Source: Thermoproteus tenax Kra 1 (GTDB lineage Archaea > Thermoproteota > Thermoprotei > Thermoproteales > Thermoproteaceae). From it: a stretch of DNA of 32,000 bases. The first letter of the stretch is position 1. Each line of letters starts with the position of its first letter. Shown here in pieces: positions 16,977 through 26,307 of this stretch. The notes under the pieces are model-generated. The model was not told where the DNA came from, ran no database searches, and saw only the letters and a list, made by a program, of their open reading frames with translations. Location of the stretch: contig NC_016070.1 in the NCBI RefSeq assembly GCF_000253055.1, forward strand, positions 1,140,001-1,172,000, written 5' to 3'. Position numbers and translations under genes: made by a program.

Positions 16977-19420
16977 GGCCTTATGTCGTATACGTAGTCG
17001 TATAGCTCAAGGACGTACGGCTTCAGCCTGCCCTCTTTCACAAGCCTCTCAACTTCCTCCCTCGGGGAGAACATTGCTTGTAGCACGGCGCCCCTCTCCT
17101 CGTCCGGCAGAGGCGCCAGCGCCATGATGAGGCGGCCGCTGTGTTGCAAATACATCGGAGAGGTCAGCTTTGCCCTCAGAATGTCCATAATGACGGGGGC
17201 GAACGATCTGTCGAATCTGGGCTGGTTCTCCACCACGGCCCTCTCCAGATCCTCCGCCTTGATCGACTCAGAGATCCTCTTGGCAGTCTCGGCGGGAGAC
17301 TGGAATCTGAACGGCCCAGCCTTGTAGGCCTCGCGCAACGCGCCTTTGACGCTCTCCGTAAATCGCAGCAGTATCCTCTCGGCCGATATTCTGTCCAAAT
17401 CGTCGTAGAAGGCGTAGGTCCACTCCATGTGTAGATCCCAGAGCTTTTCGAAGAGCTCCTCGGTGAACTGGGCACCGGCGGGAACTCTGACTCTGTCCTC
17501 GGCCGGTATTACGCCGAGGTGCGTCCTGGCCGGCCCCTTCAGTGCGCCGTCCTTAGTTATACGCGCCTTGTGTCTCAAGAGAGTCCAGAGCCATGTGGAG
17601 AAGATGCGGTACGTCGCTAGGTCGTTCATAAACCTCTGGCCCAGCTCGTAGTCGTCTATGGCCGCCGCCAGATTGCCGTTAAGAAGCTGGAAGCCGTAGT
17701 TGGCCGCCATATAGAAGGCGTGTTGTATGTGCTCGATCGTTATATCGCCCTTGGGGGGCTCGTAGAGGGCGGACCAGAGGTCCCTCCCTCCCCACAGCTC
17801 CCGGTTGTTGAAGAGCTTCTCCGGGCTGTCCAACATGTCCGGGCGTATCACCCACGGCGTGATGTTGCCGTTTTCGTCTATAAGCCCGAGCCTCTGGAAG
17901 AGCTGCCTCTCTTGTTCCGTCAGACCGCTGTCGACAGCCGGGATTTTAACGCCGTCGACCTCCACGAACTTCACAGGCCTGTTTATCATCGCCTGTAGCT
18001 CCTCCAGGCTGGCCTTCAACGGCTCGTTGCCGGCCTTCACATAGGACTCCTCGGGCGTCGCTACCCAGCTCTGTCTGAACAAGTCGTAGAGCCTGCCTCT
18101 GACCCTCCCCTTGAGCACATCGTCGAGAGTCACCTTGCCCACGGCATCCTCTGTGACGAAGACCAGGCCTATGAGGCGCTCTCTAAGCTTGTCCAGCCAT
18201 ATGGCCCTCAGAGCCCTCGCGTTGTATCTGTTGCGTTGATAGGGGTCGTCCTGTCTGTACAACATCACTGCGGCCATTCCGCCCACAGGTCCGGCGTTGA
18301 GCTTCCCTTCTCTGTCCAAACCCGCCATTAGGCAGAGGAGCGCGTTGTACTTCTGGTAGGCCATCATAATGGGGTGGGTCATCGTGATGTTCTGGGGATC
18401 TGGGTACACCGCCTCGTCCTTCCACATCTCTATCAGGGAGCCCAAGTAGTCCCACCGGCCGTTGTTGCTTTTGACGAGCCTCTCCCTCCATATCCAGAAG
18501 ATCACGGGGAGGTAGAGCCCCGCTCTGGCCTCCTCGTACAACATGGCCAGCTTTATCTCGCCCCTCCTCAGCCCCAGCTCGTCCTCGACGCGCCTCAAGA
18601 TCTTCTCTATGACCAACGCCTCTTCGGGCGTCTGCGTCTTCGGGACGTAGAAGTAGACGCCAGAGCCGGCCCTCTTCAGCGCTTCGTAGTTGTTCACTGT
18701 GTATATCACTATGGATGTGATTATGGCGGGGGCGGGCCTCCCGTCGACTCTGATGTCGAAGTCCAGAATGTGGAGCCCGGGCACTCTGTGGATGAGAGTC
18801 GGCCACTTGGACCTCTCCTTCTTTAGATAGTACGTCTTGCCTCCCTCAACGTAGGGCGTCGGTATATCTCCCTCCAACACCCTCTTCACTATCCTCCTGG
18901 CCTCCCACACAGCCGCGACAGTTCTGCCGGATCCCCGCGGGATGAACCAGGCGGGGCTCGCGTCCTCCTCGTCCTCCATCATGGAGACGACGTCGGCGTT
19001 TATCTGGTGGATCGCTCTGCTCATGGGGTGCCAAGGCCCCGTGATCTCGAGCCCCGGGTTCTTGAGCGGGTGTAGATCGTCGGGCACAGGCGTGTTCCAG
19101 TTGAGGCCCCACCTCAACGGCGTGTCCCGGCCCAAGAAGTTGTCGATCAAGCCCTGCACGATCTCTCTGAAGGTTCTTACGTTTCCGTCGGCGTCGACGA
19201 ACCTCTGGTCCCACTGGGGGAACGCCGCCTTCTCCCGCACAGGCCTTCTATCGTTGAGCCACTCCCTCCTCGCCCTAACTGCCTTGTCTATCTCGGCGCG
19301 GAGCTCCCTCGTCAAACGCTCTATCAACTCCTCTACTACAACTCTCCGCCCATTTACAGTTTTCTCGCCGAACAATTCAGGGAATTTTTTTAATACTTCC
19401 TTATTTATTTCAATTACCAT
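16973..19420 (-). CDS. aceB: Malate synthase (large archaeal type)
   Basis: 815 aa; SMMEDEEDASPAW, HRVPGLHILDFDIRVDGRPAPAI, KTQTPEEALVIEKILRRVEDELGLRRGEIKLAMLYEEARAGLYLP. Consistent with Sulfolobus-type large malate synthase. Confidence 0.85.
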   Translation of the reverse strand: MVIEINKEVLKKFPELFGEKTVNGRRVVVEELIERLTRELRAEIDKAVRARREWLNDRRPVREKAAFPQWDQRFVDADGNVRTFREIVQGLIDNFLGRDTPLRWGLNWNTPVPDDLHPLKNPGLEITGPWHPMSRAIHQINADVVSMMEDEEDASPAWFIPRGSGRTVAAVWEARRIVKRVLEGDIPTPYVEGGKTYYLKKERSKWPTLIHRVPGLHILDFDIRVDGRPAPAIITSIVIYTVNNYEALKRAGSGVYFYVPKTQTPEEALVIEKILRRVEDELGLRRGEIKLAMLYEEARAGLYLPVIFWIWRERLVKSNNGRWDYLGSLIEMWKDEAVYPDPQNITMTHPIMMAYQKYNALLCLMAGLDREGKLNAGPVGGMAAVMLYRQDDPYQRNRYNARALRAIWLDKLRERLIGLVFVTEDAVGKVTLDDVLKGRVRGRLYDLFRQSWVATPEESYVKAGNEPLKASLEELQAMINRPVKFVEVDGVKIPAVDSGLTEQERQLFQRLGLIDENGNITPWVIRPDMLDSPEKLFNNRELWGGRDLWSALYEPPKGDITIEHIQHAFYMAANYGFQLLNGNLAAAIDDYELGQRFMNDLATYRIFSTWLWTLLRHKARITKDGALKGPARTHLGVIPAEDRVRVPAGAQFTEELFEKLWDLHMEWTYAFYDDLDRISAERILLRFTESVKGALREAYKAGPFRFQSPAETAKRISESIKAEDLERAVVENQPRFDRSFAPVIMDILRAKLTSPMYLQHSGRLIMALAPLPDEERGAVLQAMFSPREEVERLVKEGRLKPYVLELYDYVYDIRP

Positions 19421-19450
19421 AATAGAAATATAGTACTTATTTTTAAATTT

Positions 19451-20833
19451 TTAGTCTATTATTTTGCCGGGGTTGAATATGCCGTATGGGTCAAAGATAC
19501 GCTTTATCTCCTTAAATAGTCTGAGCACGGCCTGCGAGTTCCTCATCTCGTACGTCTTTTTCAAGAGCTCCTTCTTGTGGAGCCCTATGCCGTGCTCGGC
19601 GCTCACAGTGCCTCCGTACTTCAGCGCAATCTCGCCGAACCTCTCGTAGAGCTCCGTGGCCCTCCTCTTCTGGGCCTCGTCGGATCTGTTGAACCACAAC
19701 ACTGGGTGTATGTTGCCGTCGCCTACGTGTCCGCCGAATATTGTCGGCACGCCGTAGCTCTTGGCGATCGTCTTCATGTCCTCCAACGCCTCGGGCAGTC
19801 TGGAGAACGGCACAGCCACGTCGCCCATGAGTATTATGGCGCTTCCGCCGTACTGCTCAACGGCCTTCTTCACAGGCGCTGGGTACAACAGGCGGCGGGG
19901 CCCCAACAGTTTGAAGAACGTGTTCCAGTCCCTCGCCTCGGCGTTCACCCTCCCGCCCGTCTTGTCTACGATGTCCTTAAGCCGCGACAAGAGGGCGTCC
20001 TCCGACCCAACCGTGGCGTCGACGCCCAGCCAAAGCGTGTACTTCCTCTCAAGGCCGACGAACTCGGAGCCCTCGTCGTCCATAAACTCTGCCACTAAAA
20101 GCCACAGCCTTCTCCTCCTGCTCTCGACGACTGCCTTAGCCAGCGATGCGGCGTCCTCAAACTGGGCGACCACTCCGGCGAAGGACTCGGGCAGAGGCGC
20201 CAGCCTCACTGTGGCCTCAGTTATCACGCCCAGAGTCCCCTCGCTGCCCACAAAAAGATGCAGAAGGTCGTAGCCCTCCCTACACTTGAGAGTGCGGCAT
20301 CCAACTCTTATTACCTCGCCGGTGCCTATCACCGCCTGTAGCCCCAAGACCCAGTGGGAGGCGGGGCCGTATTTGGCCCCCCTCATGCCGCCGCCACCGT
20401 TGATTATAGAGCCGCCCACGGAGGCGGTTTTAGATGAGGCTGGGTCCACCGGCCACTGTAGGCCGTAGCGCATTAGCTCCAAGTTGAACTCGTCGATTTT
20501 GATCCCAGGCTGGACTGTGGCCAGCCAGTCGACCTCAGATACCTCCAAGATCTTGTTCATCTTCTCTGAGGAGAGCACAATGGTCCTCTGCGCGATAGTT
20601 GCGGCGTTGCCCGAGAGGGAGCTGGAGTGGAAGACCGGCGTTATGTACAGCTTGTGGTCTATGGCGTATCTAACGACTTGGACGACGTCCTCCACAGACT
20701 CCGCGTAGACTACTGCGAGCGGGAGCTCGTACTCCAGGGAGGCGGGATCTCTGGCATATATGCGCAGTATGTCGGCGTCAACCACCACTTTGTCCTCGCC
20801 CAAGCTCTTCCTCAGATCGCCGACGACGCTCAT
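19451..20833 (-). CDS. FAD-binding oxidase, GlcD/D-lactate dehydrogenase-like
   Basis: VVRYAIDHKLYITPV...VDPASSKTASVGGSIINGGGG...REGYDLLHLFVGSEGTLGVITEATVRLAP...GGHVGDGNIHP...SAEHGIGLHKK. Confidence 0.92.
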   Translation of the reverse strand: MSVVGDLRKSLGEDKVVVDADILRIYARDPASLEYELPLAVVYAESVEDVVQVVRYAIDHKLYITPVFHSSSLSGNAATIAQRTIVLSSEKMNKILEVSEVDWLATVQPGIKIDEFNLELMRYGLQWPVDPASSKTASVGGSIINGGGGMRGAKYGPASHWVLGLQAVIGTGEVIRVGCRTLKCREGYDLLHLFVGSEGTLGVITEATVRLAPLPESFAGVVAQFEDAASLAKAVVESRRRRLWLLVAEFMDDEGSEFVGLERKYTLWLGVDATVGSEDALLSRLKDIVDKTGGRVNAEARDWNTFFKLLGPRRLLYPAPVKKAVEQYGGSAIILMGDVAVPFSRLPEALEDMKTIAKSYGVPTIFGGHVGDGNIHPVLWFNRSDEAQKRRATELYERFGEIALKYGGTVSAEHGIGLHKKELLKKTYEMRNSQAVLRLFKEIKRIFDPYGIFNPGKIID

Positions 20834-21120
20834 ACCCTCCCTCTGCCTAGGCTCTGTCCGATGATGTACGCCTTGAACGCGCGGATGACCTCCGTTATCT
20901 TAATGCCGGCGGGGCACTGTGGATCGCACGCCCCACATGAGAGACACGTCATGATCCCTCTGTAGGCCTCGTCTGAGATCTTTCCGTCGAAGTTCCTTAT
21001 TATATTTATCCTGCCGCGGGGCCCGAAGTGCATCATTCTGAGCGTCCTATACGTTGGACAGGCGAACTCACAGAAGCCGCAGAACTGGCATTTTGAGGCC
21101 TCGGCCAAGAGCTCCTTCAT
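20830..21120 (-). CDS. 4Fe-4S dicluster protein (GlcF N-terminal / HdrC-like)
   Basis: MKELLAEASKCQFCGFCEFACPTYRT...TCLSCGACDPQCPAGI: two CxxCxxCxxxCP motifs. Confidence 0.85.
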   Translation of the reverse strand: MKELLAEASKCQFCGFCEFACPTYRTLRMMHFGPRGRINIIRNFDGKISDEAYRGIMTCLSCGACDPQCPAGIKITEVIRAFKAYIIGQSLGRGRV

Positions 21121-22037
21121 ACCACCACCTCGGCCAAATAGTACAGCTCCAGGCCGCCGCCCGAGGCTCTCTTCAGATTCACGTAGCATATGGGGCACTG
21201 GACCACCACCCGCCTCGATAGGCGGGACAGCTCCCTCGCCCTCGCCTCCGCCACCTTGCGGGAGACCTCAGGGAAGAGGGACTCCACAGGTCCTCCGCAA
21301 CACTGGGATGTGTCCCTCGCCGTCGCAAAGGGGTCCTCAACGGGCTCCCCCGCCGCCAGCAGCCTCCTCACTGTGTCGTATCTTCCGAGAAATCTGGCGT
21401 AGAGACAAGAGTCGTGGATTGTGAAGCCCTTCAGAGCAACTCCGCCGGGCTTTATGAGGTCGAGGTAGCTGACGACCTCTATATCGAACCCCTCAACGTA
21501 CTTGGGGTAGACCTTCTCGAGGACGTAGTGGGTGTGCGGATCCACAGTGATTATCCTCTTGACTCCGCGCTCCCGGAAGAACTGGGCCGCCCTCCTCGCA
21601 TATGCGGCGAAGTCGTCTAGGAGGCCGGCCTCGTAGAGCAGGGCGCCCGAGTATATCTCTCTGTCGAGCAGCCCGAACTCGACGCCGCTCTTCTTCAGTA
21701 AGGCGTAGATCTTCCTCAGCACCTGGTCGGCCCTCTCTAACTCCGCTTTGTCCGGCCTCAACAGAGCCCCGCCTAGAGTCTTCGCTGCGAGCGCCGCTAG
21801 GGAGCTCCTCAGCCCGCCCCTAGTAGCGCCGTATTTCTCGAGATTGTCCACCGCCCTTTCTATCACCGGCGCTAGATGGTACATACAAGAGGTGTAGAGC
21901 ACGGTGGAGGTGCGCGCGCTCTCAAGCCCTCTCTTCCAACTCTCGCAGAGCCCCTCATCGATGGGGAATGGAAGCCAAGACTTGTCTAGAGAGTCAACGA
22001 GGATGTCGCGGAGCTTAGATATCCACTCAGTGCTCAC
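21117..22037 (-). CDS. CCG-domain protein (GlcF C-terminal / HdrB / LldE-like)
   Basis: TIHDSCLYARFL...DTSQCCGGPVESLFPEVSRKVAEARARELS...VVQCPICYVNLKR, the cysteine-rich CCG pattern. Confidence 0.85.
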   Translation of the reverse strand: MSTEWISKLRDILVDSLDKSWLPFPIDEGLCESWKRGLESARTSTVLYTSCMYHLAPVIERAVDNLEKYGATRGGLRSSLAALAAKTLGGALLRPDKAELERADQVLRKIYALLKKSGVEFGLLDREIYSGALLYEAGLLDDFAAYARRAAQFFRERGVKRIITVDPHTHYVLEKVYPKYVEGFDIEVVSYLDLIKPGGVALKGFTIHDSCLYARFLGRYDTVRRLLAAGEPVEDPFATARDTSQCCGGPVESLFPEVSRKVAEARARELSRLSRRVVVQCPICYVNLKRASGGGLELYYLAEVVV

Positions 22038-22303
22038 TGCAGATTTGTTTTAAAGTACTTAATAAATTCCACATATTAATTAATATTCATGAATATAAAT
22101 ATCTTTTTCCAGCATAATGTATAAGTTTATCGATAATTTTTTAATGTATAATAAATAATTATGATGTAAATTAAAGTAAAATATATTCATATTTTGTAAT
22201 CTATTCATAAAGATATAAAAAAGAGTCCTTATATATATCTAAAATAATAACGTTTCTTATATTTAAATACAAAATTTAAATTTATATATAAATTTAGTTT
22301 TTT

Positions 22304-23890
22304 ATGGTATACACACAACCTGTGTACTTCTGGGGTAATCCGATGTTGACTATTATTATAGATATAACTCCAATTCTAGTTCTTTTTATACTGTTGGCGG
22401 GGTTGAAACAAACGGCGTGGAAGGCAGTTTTGATATCCTCTGTTCTCACGTTTCTGTTGGCAGTTCTGGTGGGCGCGCCCCTAGATCAAACCGGATATGT
22501 GTGGCTTATGGGCGCTTTATTCGGTTTTTGGTATATCTCGTGGTTGATCTTTTGGGGCATAACTTGGTTTAACACTTGGCGTCTCGCAGGATATTTTGAC
22601 GCATTTACCTCATGGCTGTTAAGGAATATTGTTAACGATATCAGAGTACTCTCTATCGCCCTTGCGTGGTCTCTTGGGTCGTTGATAGAGGGTCTAATGG
22701 GGTTTGGCACTCCCTGGGCTTATGTAGTCCCCATACTGGTCTCGTTGGGGTTGCCAAGTCTCAGAGCGATAACTCTGGTCGCTGTGGCCGACACCGCGCC
22801 CGTTTCATATGGCGCATTCGGAATACCCATAATAACTCTAGCTGGAGTCACGGGGCTCCCTCTGATGTTTATGTCCTCAGTGTCGGCACATATAGTTGCT
22901 GTATTGGCCTTCCTTATCACATTTATACTGCTGTATATAATAGATGGCTGGAGGGGCATTAGGGAGGTATGGCCAATTGGGCTTGTTGGAGCCACCGGCT
23001 ACGTCATCGGACAATACACGACCGCTGTGTACATGGGGCCCTATCTTCCGGACGTAATAGGCTCTATTCTCTCCTTTATCTTTATAATACTATTTTCAAA
23101 GGTATGGAAACCGAGAAATATTATTAAACCTACAACTATTAAAATCAACAATATTCAAGATAAAGGTGTAGTCTTAAGGGCTTGGATCTCCCTAGCGATG
23201 TTTGTGGCCATATTGGGGCTTTGGAACTCACCTATATCTCCCATGAAGCTCAACCTAGTTACATTTTCTGTGTCCGCATACTCAGAGGTGTTGAAGAAGA
23301 GCGTCTCCATATCCTATGTGTTCAACCTCCTCGCCACCGGTACATCCGCATTGGTGGCATGGCTCCTTACTATTCCGATTATGGGCGCCAGTAGAGAGGT
23401 TGTGGTCAAAGCTCTGAAAACGACGGTCTCACAGACATGGGGCGCCGTGTTGACGGGCGTATTCGCGCTGAGTCTAGGATTTGTATTCAACTTCAGCGGG
23501 ATGGCGTACAGCCTTGCCTATCTGACCTCCGGCCTCGGCATATTATTTGTCCTTATATCTCCATTTCTAGGGTGGCTCGGAGCTGCGTTGACTGGAAGCA
23601 ACACTTCGTCGAATGCGTTATTTGGGCCGTTCCAAGCGGCCATGGGGACTCTGCTCGGAATCCCCCAGGGCTTCTTCCCAGGGTTGCAGACCGTCGGCGC
23701 TGAATTAGGCAAGCCGGTGGCTCCGCAGACAGTCTCTGCTGGCTTATCCACTACAGAATATGTCAGAAAAGAGGGCGTGGTGATCAGAAACAACCTGAGA
23801 TATTCTATAGGGTTGGTGTTCCTCCTGCTATTGGTAGGTATACTTTATCTGATTCTATATCCCTATCCATTTATATTGCACGGCAAATAA
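22304..23890 (+). CDS. L-lactate/glycolate permease family transporter (LctP/GlcA family)
   Basis: 528 aa multi-TM; SLGSLIEGLMGFGTPWAYVVPILVSLGLPSLRAITLVAVADTAPVSYGAFGIPI...GSNTSSNALFGPFQ...GKPVAPQTVSAGLSTTEYVRKEGVVIR. Confidence 0.9.
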   Translation: MVYTQPVYFWGNPMLTIIIDITPILVLFILLAGLKQTAWKAVLISSVLTFLLAVLVGAPLDQTGYVWLMGALFGFWYISWLIFWGITWFNTWRLAGYFDAFTSWLLRNIVNDIRVLSIALAWSLGSLIEGLMGFGTPWAYVVPILVSLGLPSLRAITLVAVADTAPVSYGAFGIPIITLAGVTGLPLMFMSSVSAHIVAVLAFLITFILLYIIDGWRGIREVWPIGLVGATGYVIGQYTTAVYMGPYLPDVIGSILSFIFIILFSKVWKPRNIIKPTTIKINNIQDKGVVLRAWISLAMFVAILGLWNSPISPMKLNLVTFSVSAYSEVLKKSVSISYVFNLLATGTSALVAWLLTIPIMGASREVVVKALKTTVSQTWGAVLTGVFALSLGFVFNFSGMAYSLAYLTSGLGILFVLISPFLGWLGAALTGSNTSSNALFGPFQAAMGTLLGIPQGFFPGLQTVGAELGKPVAPQTVSAGLSTTEYVRKEGVVIRNNLRYSIGLVFLLLLVGILYLILYPYPFILHGK

Positions 23891-24036
23891 CTTCGCTTTT
23901 TCCTAAGGCTTGTTGTGGGCAGGAGACAAGCTGCAGAGCGCGATACACTGCGGCGTATGCCGTGATGTCGTAGGCTCTCGGAGTGGCGCAGGTAGATCCG
24001 GGGGGACAATTACCGGGGCCCGCTACGGCGGACGCC

Positions 24037-24447
24037 TCAGCCGCCGAAGAGCCTCATGTGGGTCTCCATCATGCACATGTTCTCGACCACTACTATGCCC
24101 TCGCGCTCAAGTCTGCGTTTTACCTCCTCTGGCGCCGTGATGCCCAACTGTAGCCAAAGGACCTTCACGTCGCCCCTCGTCCTCTTTCTAGCCAAGACTT
24201 CCTCCGCTATCCTCGGCACCTCCTCTGTGGGTCTAAAGACTTGCACTATGTCTATATCCTCGGGGATGTCGAGCAGGGTGGGGTAGGCCCTCTCTCCCAA
24301 GACCTCAGACGCCGTTGGGTTCACTGGGACTACCCTGTAGCCCTTCTCCTTCAAATACCTAGGGACTATATGTGCCCATTTAGAGGGATCTCTCGAAGCT
24401 CCTACCACAGCGATCTTTTTGTACTTCAAGATTTCCTTCAGATCCAT
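24037..24447 (-). CDS. CoA-binding domain protein (YccU-like)
   Basis: KKIAVVGASRDPSKWAHIVPRYLKEKGYRVVPVNPTASEVLGERAYPTLLDIPE...VLWLQLGI...VVVENMCMMETH. Confidence 0.88.
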   Translation of the reverse strand: MDLKEILKYKKIAVVGASRDPSKWAHIVPRYLKEKGYRVVPVNPTASEVLGERAYPTLLDIPEDIDIVQVFRPTEEVPRIAEEVLARKRTRGDVKVLWLQLGITAPEEVKRRLEREGIVVVENMCMMETHMRLFGG

Positions 24448-24554
24448 ATTGATTCCGATTTAGACTAAAAAAGAAATAATTTGCCGGCCTCAAGCGGACC
24501 TGCGCCGGGGCGCCCGCAGAGGCTCCTCACGGGCTCGATCGTATCGGGTCGCCG

Positions 24555-24725
24555 TCACTGCAGCTCGATCACATGCTGTGAAGCTTTGAAGCCAACCCTC
24601 TTGTGTGTTCCGTCGCAGAAGGGCTTGTTGTTCGATCCTCCGCATCTACACAAGGCGTATCGGACTCTGCCGTCCACCTCCACTAGGTACGGGCCGTTCT
24701 CGCTCGCGATGATCTTAATCTGCAT
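24555..24725 (-). CDS. CDGSH-type iron-sulfur protein
   Basis: MQIKIIASENGPYLVEV...ALCRCGGSNNKPFCDGTHKRVGF matches the CxCxxSxxxPxCDGxH motif. ATG at 24725 sits inside the longer ORF. Confidence 0.92.
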   Translation of the reverse strand: MQIKIIASENGPYLVEVDGRVRYALCRCGGSNNKPFCDGTHKRVGFKASQHVIELQ

Positions 24726-25113
24726 AGCCCAACACCCTGTTGAGCTCCTCGGCGTTCTCTCCCATGTACTTTTCCAACATATTGATGGGCGCTGGATCCG
24801 TAAACAACACTCTGACACCCTCCGATGTGAAATAGTCGACGCTGGTCTGACACGCGGCCGTCGCTATTATGACTTCTACGTCGGGGAGCGCGTTTTCCCT
24901 CAGCCAGCTGTATTTAGCTACGCCGTGGGCGCGCGGCCCTACGTGGGCGTGCCCCTCGGTGTCTAGGTCCGAGGCTCTCGAGAGCGGGTTCTCCCTCACC
25001 TCCACGAGCCTTACGCCTCTGCCGTCGTATTCGTATATATAGAATTTATCGGCGTGGGCGAAGTGCCCCGGGAACACATAGCCGTCGGCCGACGCTGTAA
25101 TTCCCAGTTCCAT
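24715..25113 (-). CDS. Dinitrogenase Fe-Mo cofactor biosynthesis domain protein (NifX/NafY-like)
   Basis: LGITASADGYVFPGHFAHADKFYIYEYDG...DVEVIIATAACQTSVDYFTSEGVRVLFTD...LNRVLGYAD. Confidence 0.7.
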   Translation of the reverse strand: MELGITASADGYVFPGHFAHADKFYIYEYDGRGVRLVEVRENPLSRASDLDTEGHAHVGPRAHGVAKYSWLRENALPDVEVIIATAACQTSVDYFTSEGVRVLFTDPAPINMLEKYMGENAEELNRVLGYAD

Positions 25114-25170
25114 AGTTCTCTCTCGTTTTCTATATAAATAGATATTCTACTATATTTGTAGTACGTTGAG

Positions 25171-26167
25171 ATGAACGCCTTGCACGAAATATACAGCTTA
25201 ATACGGACATCGACTGTGGAGCTCGTCATATTGCAGGCTCCGAGCGCGGAGAGATACGCCGACGCCCTACTTGGGCTCGTGTGCACTTGTAATTTGAGGG
25301 CGTTGGTCATCGCCAGAGGCGGAGTCGTGGCTCTGCCAGAGAGCTACAGAGAGCTGGGGCTCCGGGACGTCCTGGAGAAGGTCTGTGGAAGCTGCCTTGT
25401 AGTGGAGGGGACGGGCGAGAGCTACATCTTCTCGTTCATCCCTGTGAAGATGGGCCTCCAGAGTCTGGCCCAGCTCGCGGCGCAGATGTGCGGGGGCGTT
25501 GTCTCGCTGGCCGCGCGCGCTGGCGAGCCTGGCCGAGAGGCTCGCCGAGGGGGCCGACGTAGGGCACGCAGTCAGCGACTTGGAGGCCCGGAGGCTGGAG
25601 AGACACTTCCCTCAAGCCGATGGCAAGATCGCTGTGCTTCCCAACGGAGTCTGCGGAGACGTCCTCGCCGCTAGGGGCAGAGGGCCCAGGGGCGACTACC
25701 TCATCTACGCCGGGAGGATCGAGAGATATAAAAGGCTGGAGACGGCCGTGGAGCTCGCCGCAGAGCTGGCCCGGGGAGGCGCCGCCTCGCGGCTTCTTAT
25801 AGTCGGAGGCGGGCCGCACGCAGAGAGGGTGAGGAGATACGCCGAGAGGGGGACGCCGGGCCTCGTCGAGTTCTCTGGGCCGCTCCCCAGGGAGGAGTAC
25901 ATAGATCTGCTCTCCCGCGCGTTGGCCACAGTGAACCCCAGCGAGGATGAGGCGTACAGCATATTCACCGCCGAGGCTCTCGCGGCGGGCGTGCCTGCGG
26001 CCGTCTCCCGGGCCTTGGCGGAGGTCTTCCCGTGCCGCGCCGAGGCGCCGGACACCTGGAGGCGCGCTCTGGAGAGGCTCGGGCTGGTGTACTTGGCCCC
26101 AAGGTGCGAGATTAAGGCATGGGAGGAGGTAGTGGACGAGCTGGCCCGGCGCATCTACGGCCTATGA
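25171..26167 (+). pseudogene. Glycosyltransferase (GT4-like), split by a frameshift near 25490-25500
   Basis: N-part in frame 1 (25171 onward). C-part in frame 2: LSRWPRALASLAERLAEGADVGHAVSDLEARRLERHFPQADGKIAVLPNGV...DYLIYAGRIERYKRLETAVEL...EDEAYSIFTAEALAAGVPAAVS. A GGGGG run at 25492-25496 sits at the junction. Confidence 0.72.
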
Positions 26168-26257
26168 ACTTGAGGGCCGCGGCGCGAGGCCGGCCCGGCC
26201 TCCGGAGGGCGCGCCGCAACGTAGCCCCGTGGGCATAGGGATATCTCCGAAAAGCTT

Positions 26258-26307
26258 GGCGGACGCCTTATTGGAGAGAGGCGGATAGCTGGAGCTCGGC
26301 GTCCGCC
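26258..26307. repeat. 10-bp perfect inverted repeat (hairpin) GGCGGACGCC...GGCGTCCGCC
   Basis: Arms at 26258-26267 and 26298-26307. Confidence 0.7.

Noticed and set aside
16973-19420. Numerous plus-strand ORFs (for example 18942..19433, 17805..18044) antisense to malate synthase.
   Set aside because: Mirror ORFs of a high-GC gene with Ser/Arg/Pro-rich translations and no recognisable domains.
19451-21120. Plus-strand ORFs such as 19761..20273 and 20627..20965.
   Set aside because: Antisense shadows of the well-supported GlcD-like gene and neighbouring FeS gene.
23891-24036. Possible C/D box small RNA (GTGATG motif) between the permease and CoA-binding genes.
   Set aside because: No matching C', D' and D boxes with correct spacing or terminal stem could be identified by eye.
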